A DNA stretch of 63,341 nt, filler included, from Hyphochytrium catenoides (Eukaryota > Protista > Hyphochytriomycota): assembly GCA_900088475.1 (NCBI GenBank). It is 5 parts of 5 records of this genome, joined end to end, with 100 filler letters (N's around TTAATTAATTAA, not from the genome) between each part and the next. Parts side by side here need not be neighbours in the genome. Positions count along the whole stretch, not along the records: positions 21,741 to 34,520 come from FLMG01003451.1; positions 34,621 to 43,739 come from FLMG01001431.1; 3 more parts are not named here. The stretch is one strand, 5' to 3'. This document shows, piece by piece, positions 25,703-38,418 of the stretch (the first letter of the stretch is position 1; every line of letters begins with the position of its first letter). Position numbers and translations under genes: made by a program. A model generated the notes under the pieces. It did not search any database. It was not told the origin of the DNA and saw nothing but the letters and a program-made list of their open reading frames with translations.

Positions 25703-26375
25703 CACGATGGTACACCTTAAGCTTGCGAGGTGAAGCCTTCTGTACGCCTAAACGAGGTCCTATTGCGACGTCCGCTGTCCCAGTGATTAAATATCACGAT
25801 GCTGCGCGCCAAGATACTCGTAGTTACAGAACTCTAACGCCCGTCTTCTCAGATCCTTGCAAATCTGACATAGAAAAATGGACATCGAAGAAATCTGCAG
25901 ATTTGCTTAAGTCTCTGCAAAGCAATCTGCAGTTCAACACTATGAAGAACTAAAAAGTAGACTATTCGACTAGTTATCACTAGCGAAGGATAATATGACC
26001 TTTATAACCCTAGAATGCTCCTGTCCCCTAAAGCTCACTCTGATTGGCCAATTTCGTCAAGCTCCTCGTCAACAACCAATCAAATCATTCGCTTACTTGT
26101 CCCAGCTGGACGCCTGAAACAACCCGCGTTACCCACTTTACCTACCCGGCTCACATCAGAATCCAGTTGGCGGGTGTTGAGATCTTTGAGTTTCTTTTTC
26201 TTTTCACTCTCCGACAGCACACAGTAACAAGCTCTTTGGCTGCATGGATGGATGGATACTTAGCAGATGAAGCCGGGCAGTTGAAGGCCACAAGGAGACC
26301 GATAAATAGGAGAAAAAGAGTGGAGAAATAGTGTTTAGGACGACAAGTCCCTTTGAAGCTACCTAGACTGAAGGG

Positions 26376-28155
26376 ATGGACTCTCGAGAAGGTCTAAGAC
26401 AACGGGGATCCACCAAGCATGCAGCAGCGGCACCCGCGCTGCCTGCCGCAAAGGGCTACAAACCGCAACAACAATCCGCGCCACGACGAGGACTTCCACT
26501 GCTATTACAGCTGGTGGCAGGCCTCCTTCTGATGGTATTGGTAACCTTCCTAACCGTGTGCACTATTGCTTATGTACGCTTCTCAGGAGGGTCACCTTTC
26601 CCGAACCTGATTGAAGGGCTGCAGCCAATAAACCCAACCGTAAGTGCAGCTTCCAATGGGCCTTCTCTGATTGCTGTTGACACATGCTAACGAGACTGTC
26701 GTCCACACCCCTGGTGCTATCAATGTTTGATCCTTTTTCTTCTCTCGTGGCTTGCCCACTTACTCCAAGATTATATTGCGGCACATAAAATTCGGGTTCA
26801 AAGTTGTGCTAGCTGCTACAGCATCAATACCTTCGCCACCTTGCCCTTGACGCATACATTTATGTTTATACCTCTGTTCGTCTCTGCGTGTATCTATTTA
26901 ACAGGGCCTAGAGACGGTGGCAACCTTGCCAATCCCCTCGGGCAATATCGCTGTCTCTGCTAGGGGTAGGATCTTCTTTAACTTCCATCCTCAATACAGG
27001 GACGATGGTCATGGCGTGAAGATAGCGGAATGGCTGCCGAAAGAGCAAAAATATCGAGCATTTCCCTCTCTTCCCTACCAAGCAAATATATCCACGGTCC
27101 TTTCCCTCCGCATCGACTCTAAGAACAGGTTATGGCTACTGGATTACGAATCGTTTGGGTTCTCTGGACGGCCTTCTCTCACTGCCTTCCAACTAGATGG
27201 CAGCGGAGAAGAGAAGGTCATTCTGAAGTACATTTTTCCGAAGGACGTAGCGGGAATGGGGTCTATGTTAAATGACTTTGCCATCAGCCCTGATGCACGG
27301 TTTATCTACATTGCGGACACGAGCATCGTCCTCAACGCTCCAGGCCTAATAGTTTTCGACGTAGAGAGACAAAAGTCCTGGGTAAGACTCCCTACCCATC
27401 CCTCAATGCGCTTCGAGAACTTCTACCACCTAGTAGAGGGCTCTCCCCTCTATCTGGGCTCACTTCTTCCCTTGAAGATTAACGTGGACTCAATAGCTCT
27501 CGATCGGAAGGGAGAGTATCTTTACTATGGTGCCGTGACGGGTACATCGCTCTACCGTATTTCCACGGAGTTTCTAAATGATGAGCATAAAGAAGAGAAG
27601 GATATTAGCGCTGCCGTAGAGCTTGTTTCAAAGAAGACTGCCAGCGACGGAATCACCATTGATGATGAAGGGAACATTTACCTCACAGACTTCGAACACT
27701 CGGCAGTTACAGTGATAGATGGCAGGACGAAGCAACTGAAGCTGCTAACAGTGGACAAAGAAAGGCTTAAATGGCCCGATGGATGTAGGTAGACGAGAAA
27801 AGCTCCTTTGCATCTGGATCCTCAAACTACCTATGCCACTTCATCCTGGGCTGTCTTTAGATGTGTCTTTCCCACTTTTTGTCCTTTAGTGGGTCATTAG
27901 GTTGGCTGTACTCGATATCTTTCTGCGGGTGTGACTGTTTCTATGTCTCAAGAAGCTGCTATCCTAAAGCTGCCACTAACTCTTTGCCATTTCTTTCGCC
28001 GATTCGTAGTCTCGTTCGGTCCAGATCAATGGCTGTATATTACTAGCTCAGCACTGCATCTTGATTTTCTGCATTCTCAAGGGAGTATCAAGTCCCATGG
28101 GCCCTTTCATATCACTAGGATCAGAGCCCTAGCTACCGGAGCGCCAGGACAATAG
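26376..28155 (+). CDS. Yellow/major royal jelly protein (MRJP) family beta-propeller with an N-terminal transmembrane anchor; 3 exons (26376-26639, 26905-27784, 28010-28155)
   Basis: Motifs GNIAVSARGRIFFNFHP, LRIDSKNRLWLLD, FIYIAD, GLIVFD, VDSIALD..GEYLYYG, SDGITIDDEGNIYLTD and spliced WPDG|FSFGPDQWLYITSS. Exon 1 contains the hydrophobic helix LLLQLVAGLLLMVLVTFLTVCTIAYV. Confidence 0.88.
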
Positions 28156-28512
28156 CTTTTGTGTTCGTGTACTCTGAGGAAACACAAGGCCATCCAACTC
28201 AAAGATCGACGAATGTAGAAGATATCCACCAAAAGCATAGTTCTGGAGAGGAAGGAGGCAAAGGCTGAGGTTTACTGATAATGATCAAAAAGCAACATTG
28301 AAGTGCTAGCATACCCTTCGTCGTAGTTTATTATAAAGAGAAGAGCTCTACTATAACTCATAGTAAAAGGAATCCATTACTCTGAAAAGTTTGCAGCTCT
28401 AGCGTACAACGTCTTCGTTCTCCTCTAATATGCAGCACACCCGCTAGCCTTTACTTGTCTCTTTTGTTTCTCTAATGTCTCCGCGGGGATAAGATACAAA
28501 CGATAACAGAAC

Positions 28513-28836
28513 TTAGTACCACTCCTTCAGCTTTGGTGCTCTCCAGTTGACTGTGCTCTTGATCTCTCCCTCTAAGGCAATCTTCTTGATGGCATCATCC
28601 ACGCTCTCCACCTCCAATGCGCCAGTAACCTCAGCTCTTCCAGCTTGATCGGGCTGTCCCTTCCCAGTTCCTCGAAAGATGTGATAGGCTTCCACGACAT
28701 CCACTAGGGGTACAGAGCCCTGATCCTTGCGAAACTTCTGCAGTGCCTCTGGGTAGGCAACAATAAAGTACTCGTGGGCGCCGTCCTTGGTGTGCAGAGC
28801 CACACGGACATGCTCTTTCTCGCTGTTCCCTGGCAT
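28513..28836 (-). CDS. Stand-alone SBDS N-terminal-domain protein (Rtc3/YHR087W-like)
   Basis: Intronless 107-aa ORF with EYFIVAYPEALQKFRKD..SVPLVDVVEAYHIFR..GKG....A...EV...L....VDDAIKKIALEGE, which fits the Rtc3/SBDS-N pattern. Confidence 0.8.
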   Translation of the reverse strand: MPGNSEKEHVRVALHTKDGAHEYFIVAYPEALQKFRKDQGSVPLVDVVEAYHIFRGTGKGQPDQAGRAEVTGALEVESVDDAIKKIALEGEIKSTVNWRAPKLKEWY

Positions 28837-29843
28837 GGCTAGAGTTTGTTGACTACCGATCTAGTCTCCAAAGTGTCTTCCGGAAGATTGGTGGAACAGG
28901 TGACAACGGCCCCAGATCTGAGGTGCTTCAGAGAGTCTAAGATTTGCTGTGTCTTGTGTAGTGTCTTCTAACGTTGGAGGTAGACAGGGTTCAATCAGTG
29001 TAGCTTGTGTTCGGGATGGTAGATTACGGACTGAGCGTCCTTATTCTTTGTTACTGTTGCTGCGTCGCTGGACAGTAACACTGTCCGCAGGCTCTGGACC
29101 AGAAACAGGATAGAGGAGACACATGAGGTTGGTTCAGGTGAGAAGGAAGCAAGCAGGAAGAAGGAAGAAGAAAGTGATGGAAAGAGCGACCCGAAGCAGA
29201 CTGAAGAGAGAAGCGGCACTGGCAACATGAGAAGAAGAGGAAAACGGAGAAAACTGAGAAAAGAAAGAAAAGGACAAAAAGTGGAGAAAGTTGGCCTCCA
29301 ATCATATTACTAAGCCTAACAGCACTGATTATAGGTGAGAATCTCAAAGATCGTGGCATATTACTATGGCTTCTGATGCTTGTACTTGTAACAAAGAGGA
29401 AGATCGATGAGACCAACAGAACACCGCATACTATTATGGCCTCAATGTCCTATCCATAGATAATGAACGGAAGCGTCCTTACTACGATGTATGGTCTTTG
29501 ACTTCTGCTGCAAATAAATTTCCTTGGATCTTGCACTCTTCAGTTATCAGAAGCAGACCTCGCTAGTCGCTAACCGCTAGCCGTCCCGCTTCGGATGTTG
29601 ATGATTTTTTTATAAAAACTGCAAAGGAGCCCAAAAAATCTTGTCTGGACATCAATCTTCACCAGAGAACTCCGTTGTTATTGGATTATTCATAGCTTCT
29701 TGCTAGTCTTCAGAAGGGAGCTTGGGCAGAGCTGCCAGTGGAAGTCAGAAGTTAGCTTTAAGTGAAAGGACGCGCTTCACGGGAGCGTGCTTAGAGCCTG
29801 CATGAGCAGGGAAGCATCACAAAGTCATCCTTGCTAGCCACAA

Positions 29844-32495
29844 ATGCACCACAACGTGCGAACAAGAATGGTGTTCGCGGTCTCGTTGGCCCGATGGGCC
29901 ACTGGGGCCAGGGGACTTGGCAGCAGAGAGAGAATTAGTAAGCGTGCCATTTCATCCCTCATCTATCAGGAACATGGCCATCCGAGCCAGGTGCTAAGGT
30001 GCCCATACTGTTTAGCTGAAGTTTGATGACTCCAACTACTCGGCCCTTCTTTCTTATCTTACTCTCCTACCGCGTACTGTCTCCCTCCCTATAATCAGTC
30101 ATTTTCTCACCTGTCCTGTCGCTGAAGGCTTTAGCGCCCACCTTGCCTTGGAAATACTCCTGTCGGCTCTTCCCTCCCATGTTCTCCGTATTTCTGTATG
30201 CACTCCTTCCTCTTCCATCTTTAGTACTTCCTTTCTTGGTCTTTACCGCTTCACTGTCGCCCTGTCCGTCCGATTCTCACCGGGCCGAATGTTATGACGA
30301 CCTTCTTCTTAATCTTTCTTGATCACAGACTAACTAATGATGGACAAGTCCTTCCGTCTCCGGGCCCAGGAGAAGTTTTAATCAAATTCTTGGCCTGCCC
30401 TATGAATCCAGCGGACTTCAACATGGTAGGCTCAAGGCCCCTTGCTCTCTTTCCTTCTCACTGAGTGTTCTTACATGCACTTCTACCTGGACTATTGCTG
30501 CCTTTTTGCTTGTCTATCGTTGCTCTTTAGTCTGTGTGGTCTTGATCATCTAAAGAGCTCGGTCAATGAATTAGCCCAATGCATCTTATCCTTCACACCT
30601 TGATTTTGGTTCAGATAGAAGGGAACTATGGCCTCCTCCCTCCACTGCCTGCTATTGGAGGAAATGAGGGGGTTGCGATCGTAGAGAGGGTGGGCGAAGG
30701 CGTTATGGACCTGCAAAAAGGAGATTGGGTCATTCCCTCCCAGGCAGGCTTTGGTGCGCATTTCTGTCCGTTCTTTTTCGATTGTCCGGCCATCTATGCC
30801 ATGCCTTCCCCTTTTCATCTTTCCTGAGATACTATGGTCTATTGAGTTCGCTCACTGTGGAACTAGTGCTTTGCTCATCAACTCCGGTAGATGGCAAAGA
30901 GAGGGATGATCTGTGTCATGTCTATCTTGGATTGCTTATATAGATAAACTTGCCCTCCTCATCTGATACACTTGGTACACTGAACTCATATGGTGCTTCC
31001 TTTGTCAGGGACATGGAGAGATGCTGCGCTGGCTCCGGCTGGGTCCCTGACCCAAGTACCGAATGATATACCCCTTGACTTTGCAGCCTGCATAGCGGTA
31101 AATCCTTGTACAGCCTATCGGCTACTCTCGGACTTCGTAACTCTTCGCTCCGGAGAGGTCATAGTGCAGAACGGAGCTACCTCCAGTGTTGGACAAGCGG
31201 TGCTCCAGCTCTGTCAGCGCCGAGGAATAAAGACCATAAACATAGTTAGAGACAGTACGTTCTCAGACGAGAGGGAAAACTGGTTAAGGCGCTTAGGTGC
31301 TACAGAAATCGTGACCGACAAAATGCTGAAAGATAAGGTGAAACCACTTCGCTTTGTCCTCCTCCTCCGGTGTCTCTCTGTTTATCGCTATGCCAAAGGC
31401 AGGTTATATCGGTAGACTTCTGACTCCACATTTGGTCCTTGTCTTCCTTATGTGTGAACAGTCGTCCGTCATGATGAAGCTAAAGTCCATTTTACCCTCC
31501 TCTCTATGCAGAACCTTGTAAAGGCGATTCTTAAGCGTGTTGGGATTCCTAAGCTGGGCTTGAACTGTGTAGGAGGAGAGACGGGGACCGGAACGGCCGC
31601 CTTGCTAGGGTGCGTATTGCTACCTCGCCATGTCTTTGCTAAACGGAGTACATCGTGCGCGATATCTCCCTTTTTTGTTGTTGCTGTGGCCGCTTTAGCT
31701 CGAAGGTTAACCTCGGTTGATTGCGATTATCCAATAGCCTTGGCCCTCAAAGACTTCACACTCCGTACTAAGTCTACCTTCTATTTTTTGTCTACGGTCT
31801 TGATGGCACAATACTTTTGCTTCAGGGAAGGCGGGACATTGGTCACTTATGGCGGTATGTCTAAGGAGCCAGTTAAAGTGCCAACAGGGTTCTTCATCTT
31901 TAAGGACATTACCTTCAAGGGATACTGGATGACGCGGTATGAATATAGAAGTATTGAAGAAAGTCCATGTGCTTGACTGTTTCATCACCTTGCCTGGATT
32001 ACGAGACCTTGCTTTTGGGCAGCTTCCCCTGTCTTTTCCTGTTAATGCCATGGGTTTCCCCGGATTAAGGCTACGTTCACTGGTATTATTTTCCTTTGTC
32101 TCTTCCCACTTTATCTGACTCTATGCAGCTGGGTAAAGCGTCACAGTAAAGAGGAGAGACAAGAAATGATTCGAGCTTTAGGGGAGATGGCAAAGAAAGG
32201 CGAGCTTTCAGTGGAAGTAGAACGGTTCCCAATAGAGGACTACTCTAAGGTGCCGTAGCTAAGATTTTTAGTGTTGCTGATAGACTCTTGGTCCGACTGG
32301 GGTCTCTAGGTACCTGCTCTTGCCCCAGAAGCAAACTTAAGCAGTTCTAGTCCAGTCGTTCGTTTCCGCTCAGATTGGCTATGTTCTCACTTGTACCGGC
32401 GCCTTTACTAACATCTCGTATACTGTTAGGCTTTAGAAAGCGCCTTGACAGGAGGGAGGAAGAAGTCACTCATCGTTTTCCCTAAGAACCTGTAA
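29844..32495 (+). CDS. MECR: Mitochondrial trans-2-enoyl-CoA/ACP reductase (MDR superfamily), multi-exon
   Basis: In-frame spliced exons: Arg-rich presequence, YQEHGHPSQVL, LACPMNPADFNM|IEGNYG, GGNEGV, GDWVIP..AGFGTW, VNPCTAYRLL, QNGATSSVGQAVLQL, LGLNCVGG, LVTYGGMSKEPV, FKGYWMTRW. Stop TAA at 32493-32495. Confidence 0.96.
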
Positions 32496-34520
32496 GAAGC
32501 CCAAAATTAACGAGGCAGATTGTCCCTGCGAGCATTAGGACACCACAGTAGCACCACTGCGTGAAAGAGAAGGAACAAAGAGTAGGGAATGGCCTACCAT
32601 TCCATTTTGCCTTTGTTACGCTGTCAGCCATCTACCCTGTGCTGATTTGACTTGACAAGAAGAGATCAACATGGCCGTGATGGAGTTGTCGGCCACCAGC
32701 AAGGGGCTGACCTCAATTATCCCGCCGAGTTGGAAGCTCTATTGACTTACCAGAAGACATGAATGATGGAGTGTAAGGCACCGCATTTATCTTTTGTACC
32801 AAGAAGCAACTGTTGCCCGCCGTCGGGCCAACTGAGAACTCGCCTGGGATTACGGTAAGGGTTAACAGCTTGTCCTCCTTCTCCTTATCACCACCTGCTG
32901 TTAGCCTTTTTGCTTAGCTGAGTGAGGATAGCATAGCCTTGGGCGGTCATTCCCAGTATCTGCGATAGACAGCGCTATATATGTAGATATAACAGAAAGA
33001 GTCTACAGAGCTCCAATAAGCTCTTGATTAGAGTAGTAAATCCAGCACTGTTTACCTCGTTATTATACGCCGATGGAGATCATTATTGCGTATGAGGAGA
33101 AGGTTCCTCTTGTCATCTTCCTCCTCGCTCTCTAAGCCTGTTACTACTATGAGTTAGAGTCCTTTAGGCCTTCATAGCCCTGTGCATGGTGTCACTGCTA
33201 CTTGATAAACACTACTATGGCCGGTCCATTGGTTCAGTGAGAAGTGACAGTGTCCCTTCCCCGTCTTACTACCTTTATTAGGCTGTATAATAGCAGCACT
33301 GCTTGCTTTGGTCAATCAGCAGCAGTCCTCTATTATTATCCTTCACGAGTAGTTCAGGGTTGGCGCCAGGACAACAACTATAACATCAGTCAGGAACTTC
33401 AATTTTACTTCATCCTATCTCAAGAAGCTGCGCCAGCGTCAGACAGCATCGGCGATGGGTCTTCGTTCTTTTACTCTTCTTCCTCCGTCCACTGATTGAT
33501 TGTGGTGGTCTGTTTGTTATTATAAGTGAGGCGGGTCACAATCAAGCCCTCCTAATAACAGCAACTATTATCAACTCGCTCTTTTCGGCTGCCGAAGGAA
33601 GACTATAATAAGGACGACGGCGACGATGGATGGTGATAAATAATATCCAGCCAGGAAGTAGTCAAATCATCATCCCTCCTTGAACTATAATGGTGCATTT
33701 GATTGACAGATAGGGAAGGGATAATATAACAGAAGGACATCAAGAACCTTCTGCTGATGAAGTAAGCAGCAGAAAGAAGAAGAAGAAGGAGAAGCGGTGA
33801 CGCGAAGCGGAAAGAAAGGACAAGAATGAACGAACGAAGAAAGCGACGGCGGCGACCTTTCGTTGGTCCATGAAGAATTTATAAACAAAGAGGAGGAGAG
33901 GAGTGCCATTCATGGCGGTCAGCAGTGAATGAAGGGAGGAGAACCTCTTCGTATGTAGTAACCCTGTCATTTATATATTGGCCCATTAATGGGTACTATA
34001 AAATGCCTTATAACAACAATAACTTGGAGCTCAACAAAAATTAGTGCCAAAGTGTCCTTCATAAGAATCTTCGTTTCTCATCTTATAAAGCGCAGATTGC
34101 AATTTCCTAAGCACCATGGCAATCCACTGAGTCTGCCGGACAAGCTGTCCATACATTACATCTCCATCCGAGGTCTGTGGAGCGAGAAATCTGCACTCAA
34201 AGCTGCTAGTGGTGGCTATTTTCATAAATCATAGCCAATACAACAAACGTATCAGGGCTACTAAAAGTCGATCTGCTGCCAAGGAATGATCTACTATTAT
34301 CCTTGACGCGCTACGACAAGCTCCCCTGAAAGGACTTCTCGTGGTCAAGTCAGAGATTGCCAGATTCGTTGATCTTGCAGATGAAATCTTCATTGAAGAG
34401 ATCTTCATCTGCAAATCTCTGCTAGAAAGATAAAGAAAAGTGATCAGCTTCCACTTCCTGGACCAACCAGACTTCATTTTTACATTGTGAGATGTGGAAG
34501 TGCCAAGAAATGAGAACCGA

Positions 34521-34620
34521 NNNNNNNNNNNNNNNNNNNNNNNNNNNNNNNNNNNNNNNNNNNNTTAATTAATTAANNNNNNNNNNNNNNNNNNNNNNNN
34601 NNNNNNNNNNNNNNNNNNNN
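34521..34620. other. Artificial contig-joining spacer
   Basis: 44N-TTAATTAATTAA-44N. Confidence 0.97.
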
Positions 34621-34761
34621 GTATCTGTCAATTCTAAGAGTCAAGATTGACAGCTACATTACAATATCATCAACATCCTGGCTCGACAGACAGCAGCTTT
34701 AGTCCCGCTGACTTGCCCTTATCGCTTACCGAGAGAGTAACAGAAGAACAGTATAGGACGA

Positions 34762-35772
34762 ATGGTCACGAAGGCTCACTGTGCCGCCGGCATCCTCCTC
34801 GTTATTAAGCTCATTCATCGAGGCTACGGGCTAGACCAGCATACACCGGCACCTCTCGATGGGTTTTCTTCATCACTCCTGAAGGAAGAAGACAGGGACA
34901 CCGACCCTCTTGGACTTTCTTCTACCGGTTTCTTTGCTGGTGAGAGGAGCGCGGGGAATGGAGAGGGAGAGAAGCACGGCAGGACCCTCGAAGTTCTTTC
35001 CTCTTGGCCTACCTCCAAGAAAGGGAGGGCATTGAGGCGGCTGAGTTCAGAGAGTATACTGAATTCCAAGCTGTGTTGGGAAGCAAAACAAACAAAACCA
35101 AGCTTATGGGAGATCACGTATGGAGCATGCGCGTGCCCTGAAGGTGATTCCAGCTGCACTTATCACCTCTCAAGTGATGAAACACTGAGGAGATATGTTG
35201 GCCTCCAAGTATGCGAGCAAGTGAATAATGACCAAAGCTTTTGGGGCGACATCAAGCTCTTTAACCCCAGACGAGGTGCAAGGAAATTCAGAGAAAGAAT
35301 ACTACGCTCTCCGGAATGCACTGCTACGCGGCCCCTCATTTGGAAGAAACAAGATAGTCCTAACCAAAGATATGCTGCACCCAAAGTTTTGGTCGAGGTG
35401 ACAAAAGTTGTACATCCCAAGGGTTTCTATACGGAAAAATGCGTCCAAAGCAAGTTACCGTGGCTTCCAGCGGACCAGCTTCCCCAATGGCTCGCCTATG
35501 ACTCCAAAATTTCCAATAGGGTAGGCCAGGATAGAGTCATGGAACTACTGGAGGCGATAAGGTTAAAGACCTTTGGATCAGACTCTGAGCTCGGTGTACG
35601 CTGGAGGAACAGCATGGATGCAGATGGCCTCGAGGAGCTGTTGAAGCTCAATATCTTGCCCAGAATCTGCCCTAATGGACTTGTTACAGGCGATACGGTG
35701 GACCGGTATAAATATGTAGACGACATTGGAGATGGCAGGACGTGTCAAGATCGCCGCATAGGCAAACCGTGA
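34762..35772 (+). CDS. Hypothetical 336-aa protein, putatively secreted and Cys-rich
   Basis: Long intronless ATG-initiated ORF. It has a short N-terminal hydrophobic stretch (AAGILLVIKLI), a polar linker, RALRRL, then a Cys/Trp-containing domain. No family recognised. Confidence 0.7.
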   Translation: MVTKAHCAAGILLVIKLIHRGYGLDQHTPAPLDGFSSSLLKEEDRDTDPLGLSSTGFFAGERSAGNGEGEKHGRTLEVLSSWPTSKKGRALRRLSSESILNSKLCWEAKQTKPSLWEITYGACACPEGDSSCTYHLSSDETLRRYVGLQVCEQVNNDQSFWGDIKLFNPRRGARKFRERILRSPECTATRPLIWKKQDSPNQRYAAPKVLVEVTKVVHPKGFYTEKCVQSKLPWLPADQLPQWLAYDSKISNRVGQDRVMELLEAIRLKTFGSDSELGVRWRNSMDADGLEELLKLNILPRICPNGLVTGDTVDRYKYVDDIGDGRTCQDRRIGKP

Positions 35773-38348
35773 GGGTGCGTAATCTATGAAAGAGCAGAGG
35801 CCTCCTTTCTTCAACTGCGTCATCATCGTGCTGTGCCAATAGTAGATTTTTACTAGATCGTGATAGATGGCTCGGTCGAAAGAACAAGAAGACGCTTCCT
35901 TCGACTTCTGCGGTGACCAAGCTGGCATATGATTGACCTATTCTGCGTCCAGTAGCTCTGTTGGATGGCCGTCGTATTGAGCGAGCTACTACTTACTTAG
36001 ATGCTCATTACTCAGCTGCTCTGCCCTACCTAGCTAAGATTCAATAGTAGTAAGTGTGTTCTTCCGCCACAACTCCATTTCAGGAGCTGCCGCCGATGTT
36101 GAGACCTCGTCGCGCCGCTCCTTCTTCTTCCATAACTAGTGGTCTCTTCTTATCAACTCCAGCACATTGACTTCTCTCCATCTCTCTCTCTCTCTCTGCC
36201 TTTCAATCTTCATTCACGCTCACGCTGGCTGCTATGGCTCCTAGTGATGACGCTAGTGCGTTCTCTTCTCTGCTCGTTCCTGGACTCAGCATCCTAAAGC
36301 CCTTTGACAAACTGTCTTTACATCTTCCTCCTATTATGATGACGTCTGATATCGCTACTCCGTATTACGTCAACGCCTAACCTTCTCACGGTTCGGATCC
36401 ATGGATGACTCCTAAATAACAACTGTTCCTGTCTCTGATGATGAGACTTCTTCCAAACTGTCGGGCGAACTTCTGGGATCTGATCCACAGCTCATCAGTA
36501 AAGCTTTCTTTTGGCCGCGCCCTCTCATCCCCATCATCATCCACCAGAACACACATGTCAAAGAGGCCATGATAGCACACTTGAAAGACGATGACCAAAG
36601 GAGAAGGATTTTCCCTTACCAGTGATTCCCATGGTTGAGATGTCCTCCAAAGAGAAAGTAGTAGTCGCCACTCCAGCTTTGCCTCATCTATATTATGTTG
36701 TTATTCAGGAGCCCGTACTTGGTTGCGGCATCAGCAGCAGACTTTGACATAGACTTTCTTTCACCTCCGACGGCTCTCTGTTAGTTCTACTGCTTGAGGC
36801 TTGTTCAGCCAGCTACGCACGATGACATACGTAAGAGCAGCGAGGTCTAGTAGTCAGAGCAAAGAAGGCTAAACGTAGGGCAGCAGAGAACAACGAGGGA
36901 GAGTGATGTGCTTGCGTAGGGGAGTCTGGACCCGACATACGCTATGATGTGTCTCTGCCATTCATCATTAGCTGGGTAAGCCGCCGATAACTTATAGCTA
37001 GAGAACACTTCGAAGCAGGAGGTAAGAACGAAGAAGGTGCAGCAGAGTGTCTATTTCTTTATAATAGATGCAGAGATTAGGAACAGAAGATGCCTAGCTG
37101 CTTGGTGTTGAAAGCAGTGATCAGCGGCGCGAAAAGAAGAGGACAACGACGACAGGATAAGGCTTGAGAGACGAAGGAAGACTACGCTCAGAGGAGGGAG
37201 AATAAGAGGAGAGAGGCCGTTGTGTGTGTTCGTGGTGCCCGCGAGAGAGTGTCAGGATATTGGTGAATGAGATCGTGGTGACAAGAGCCGCCTCTAAGAA
37301 GACGAATTGATGAGCATCGCGCCGCTAGAGAGAGAAATGAATGCTGTTGCCTATGCTTCCGCTCGCTCATCTTTGTTGTTTTTGTTATCGCCAGTGCTCT
37401 CGTCTGAGAGTGAGCACTGTGTGTGTCTCGCTTGAGGACTGAGGCGTCGTAATAGCCGCCGCCGCGGCATAACTACGGAGGCCGAGAGGAGTTACTGCTC
37501 TTGTAAGCGTGAGTAGGTAGTACACCACAGGCGGTGTGAAGAGTTCTGGGGCAAACGAACCATCAAAATTGTTCCTGAGTTCTCTTCGCTTCGCGGTCCT
37601 CCTTCTGATTGGAATTGGTACCTCTCGACGAGGTTCGGAACTGGAGGAGCAGAGTCCAACACGTTCAACAATGTCGAGTGTAGAGAAGACGCACCGTGCG
37701 TGAGACGACAGTCCTCCTTATAGTCCGGGAAACACTATCCCTGGAGCTCCGGAGCCGATTCTTCTTTGCTTCGCAGTCTTCTCAACAATTCGCAGTCATT
37801 AGAGCGAGGCACTTCCCGTTCGCCAAGTCCAAGCCCCTCGGTTTCGCTGGCCAGAGTCCACCACTGCCGCCAGCGATGTCTAATAACGTAGATGCTGTGC
37901 GTGGAAGAAGCTTCTGTACACACTCTTGATGAATGCGCCACAGACAGAGGTAACTTCCTATTTCTATAGCGTCGCGGTCAGCCCCTAGACTTATAGTCTT
38001 AGCGGTTTTCCTTTCTTGTTTGCATCGGGGTTGCAAAGCAGCTGCGCTGCTCACTGGACGTAGGCGTTCCTGGCCATGGTACTGATGGTCTAGTAGTAGA
38101 AGACATACGGACGCAAGGCCTCTGTTTATCTTGAAGAGTAACATGGGCGAATGCCTGCTGCTATCCTCTTGTTGGAAGATGTTTGCTGCCTTTTGAAGTG
38201 GTGAAGGGAGGTGAAAAGCTGTTCTTATTGCTATCTATTCGATGCCGTTCATGTCCGTCTACAGCATCCTATCCATCATCTTTCTTCCTCAGCGGCTCAG
38301 CAACTACTGCTGCTAGCAGTAGTAGATAGCACTACTACTACTACTGTC

Positions 38349-38418
38349 GGGTCAACATTATCCGGACTATGTTCCAAAAGCCTCTCTTCTGCTGCGGGGT
38401 CAACATTATCCGGACTAT
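38349..38418. repeat. 22-bp perfect direct repeat pair
   Basis: gggtcaacattatccggactat at 38349-38370 and 38397-38418, separated by 26 bp. Confidence 0.9.

Noticed and set aside
29030-29312. About 90-codon K/E/R-rich open frame on the + strand
   Set aside because: No plausible start or homology; it is explained by purine-rich composition.
33900-34520. Coding-like composition at the end of contig B
   Set aside because: Multiple stops in all frames and no recognisable motif, so no call can be supported.
36386-36720. Exon-like fragments on the - strand
   Set aside because: No start or family could be assigned; the evidence is too weak.
38349-38418. Repeat-spacer-repeat resembling a mini CRISPR array
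   Set aside because: Only two repeats, no cas genes and a eukaryotic context. A local duplication explains it.
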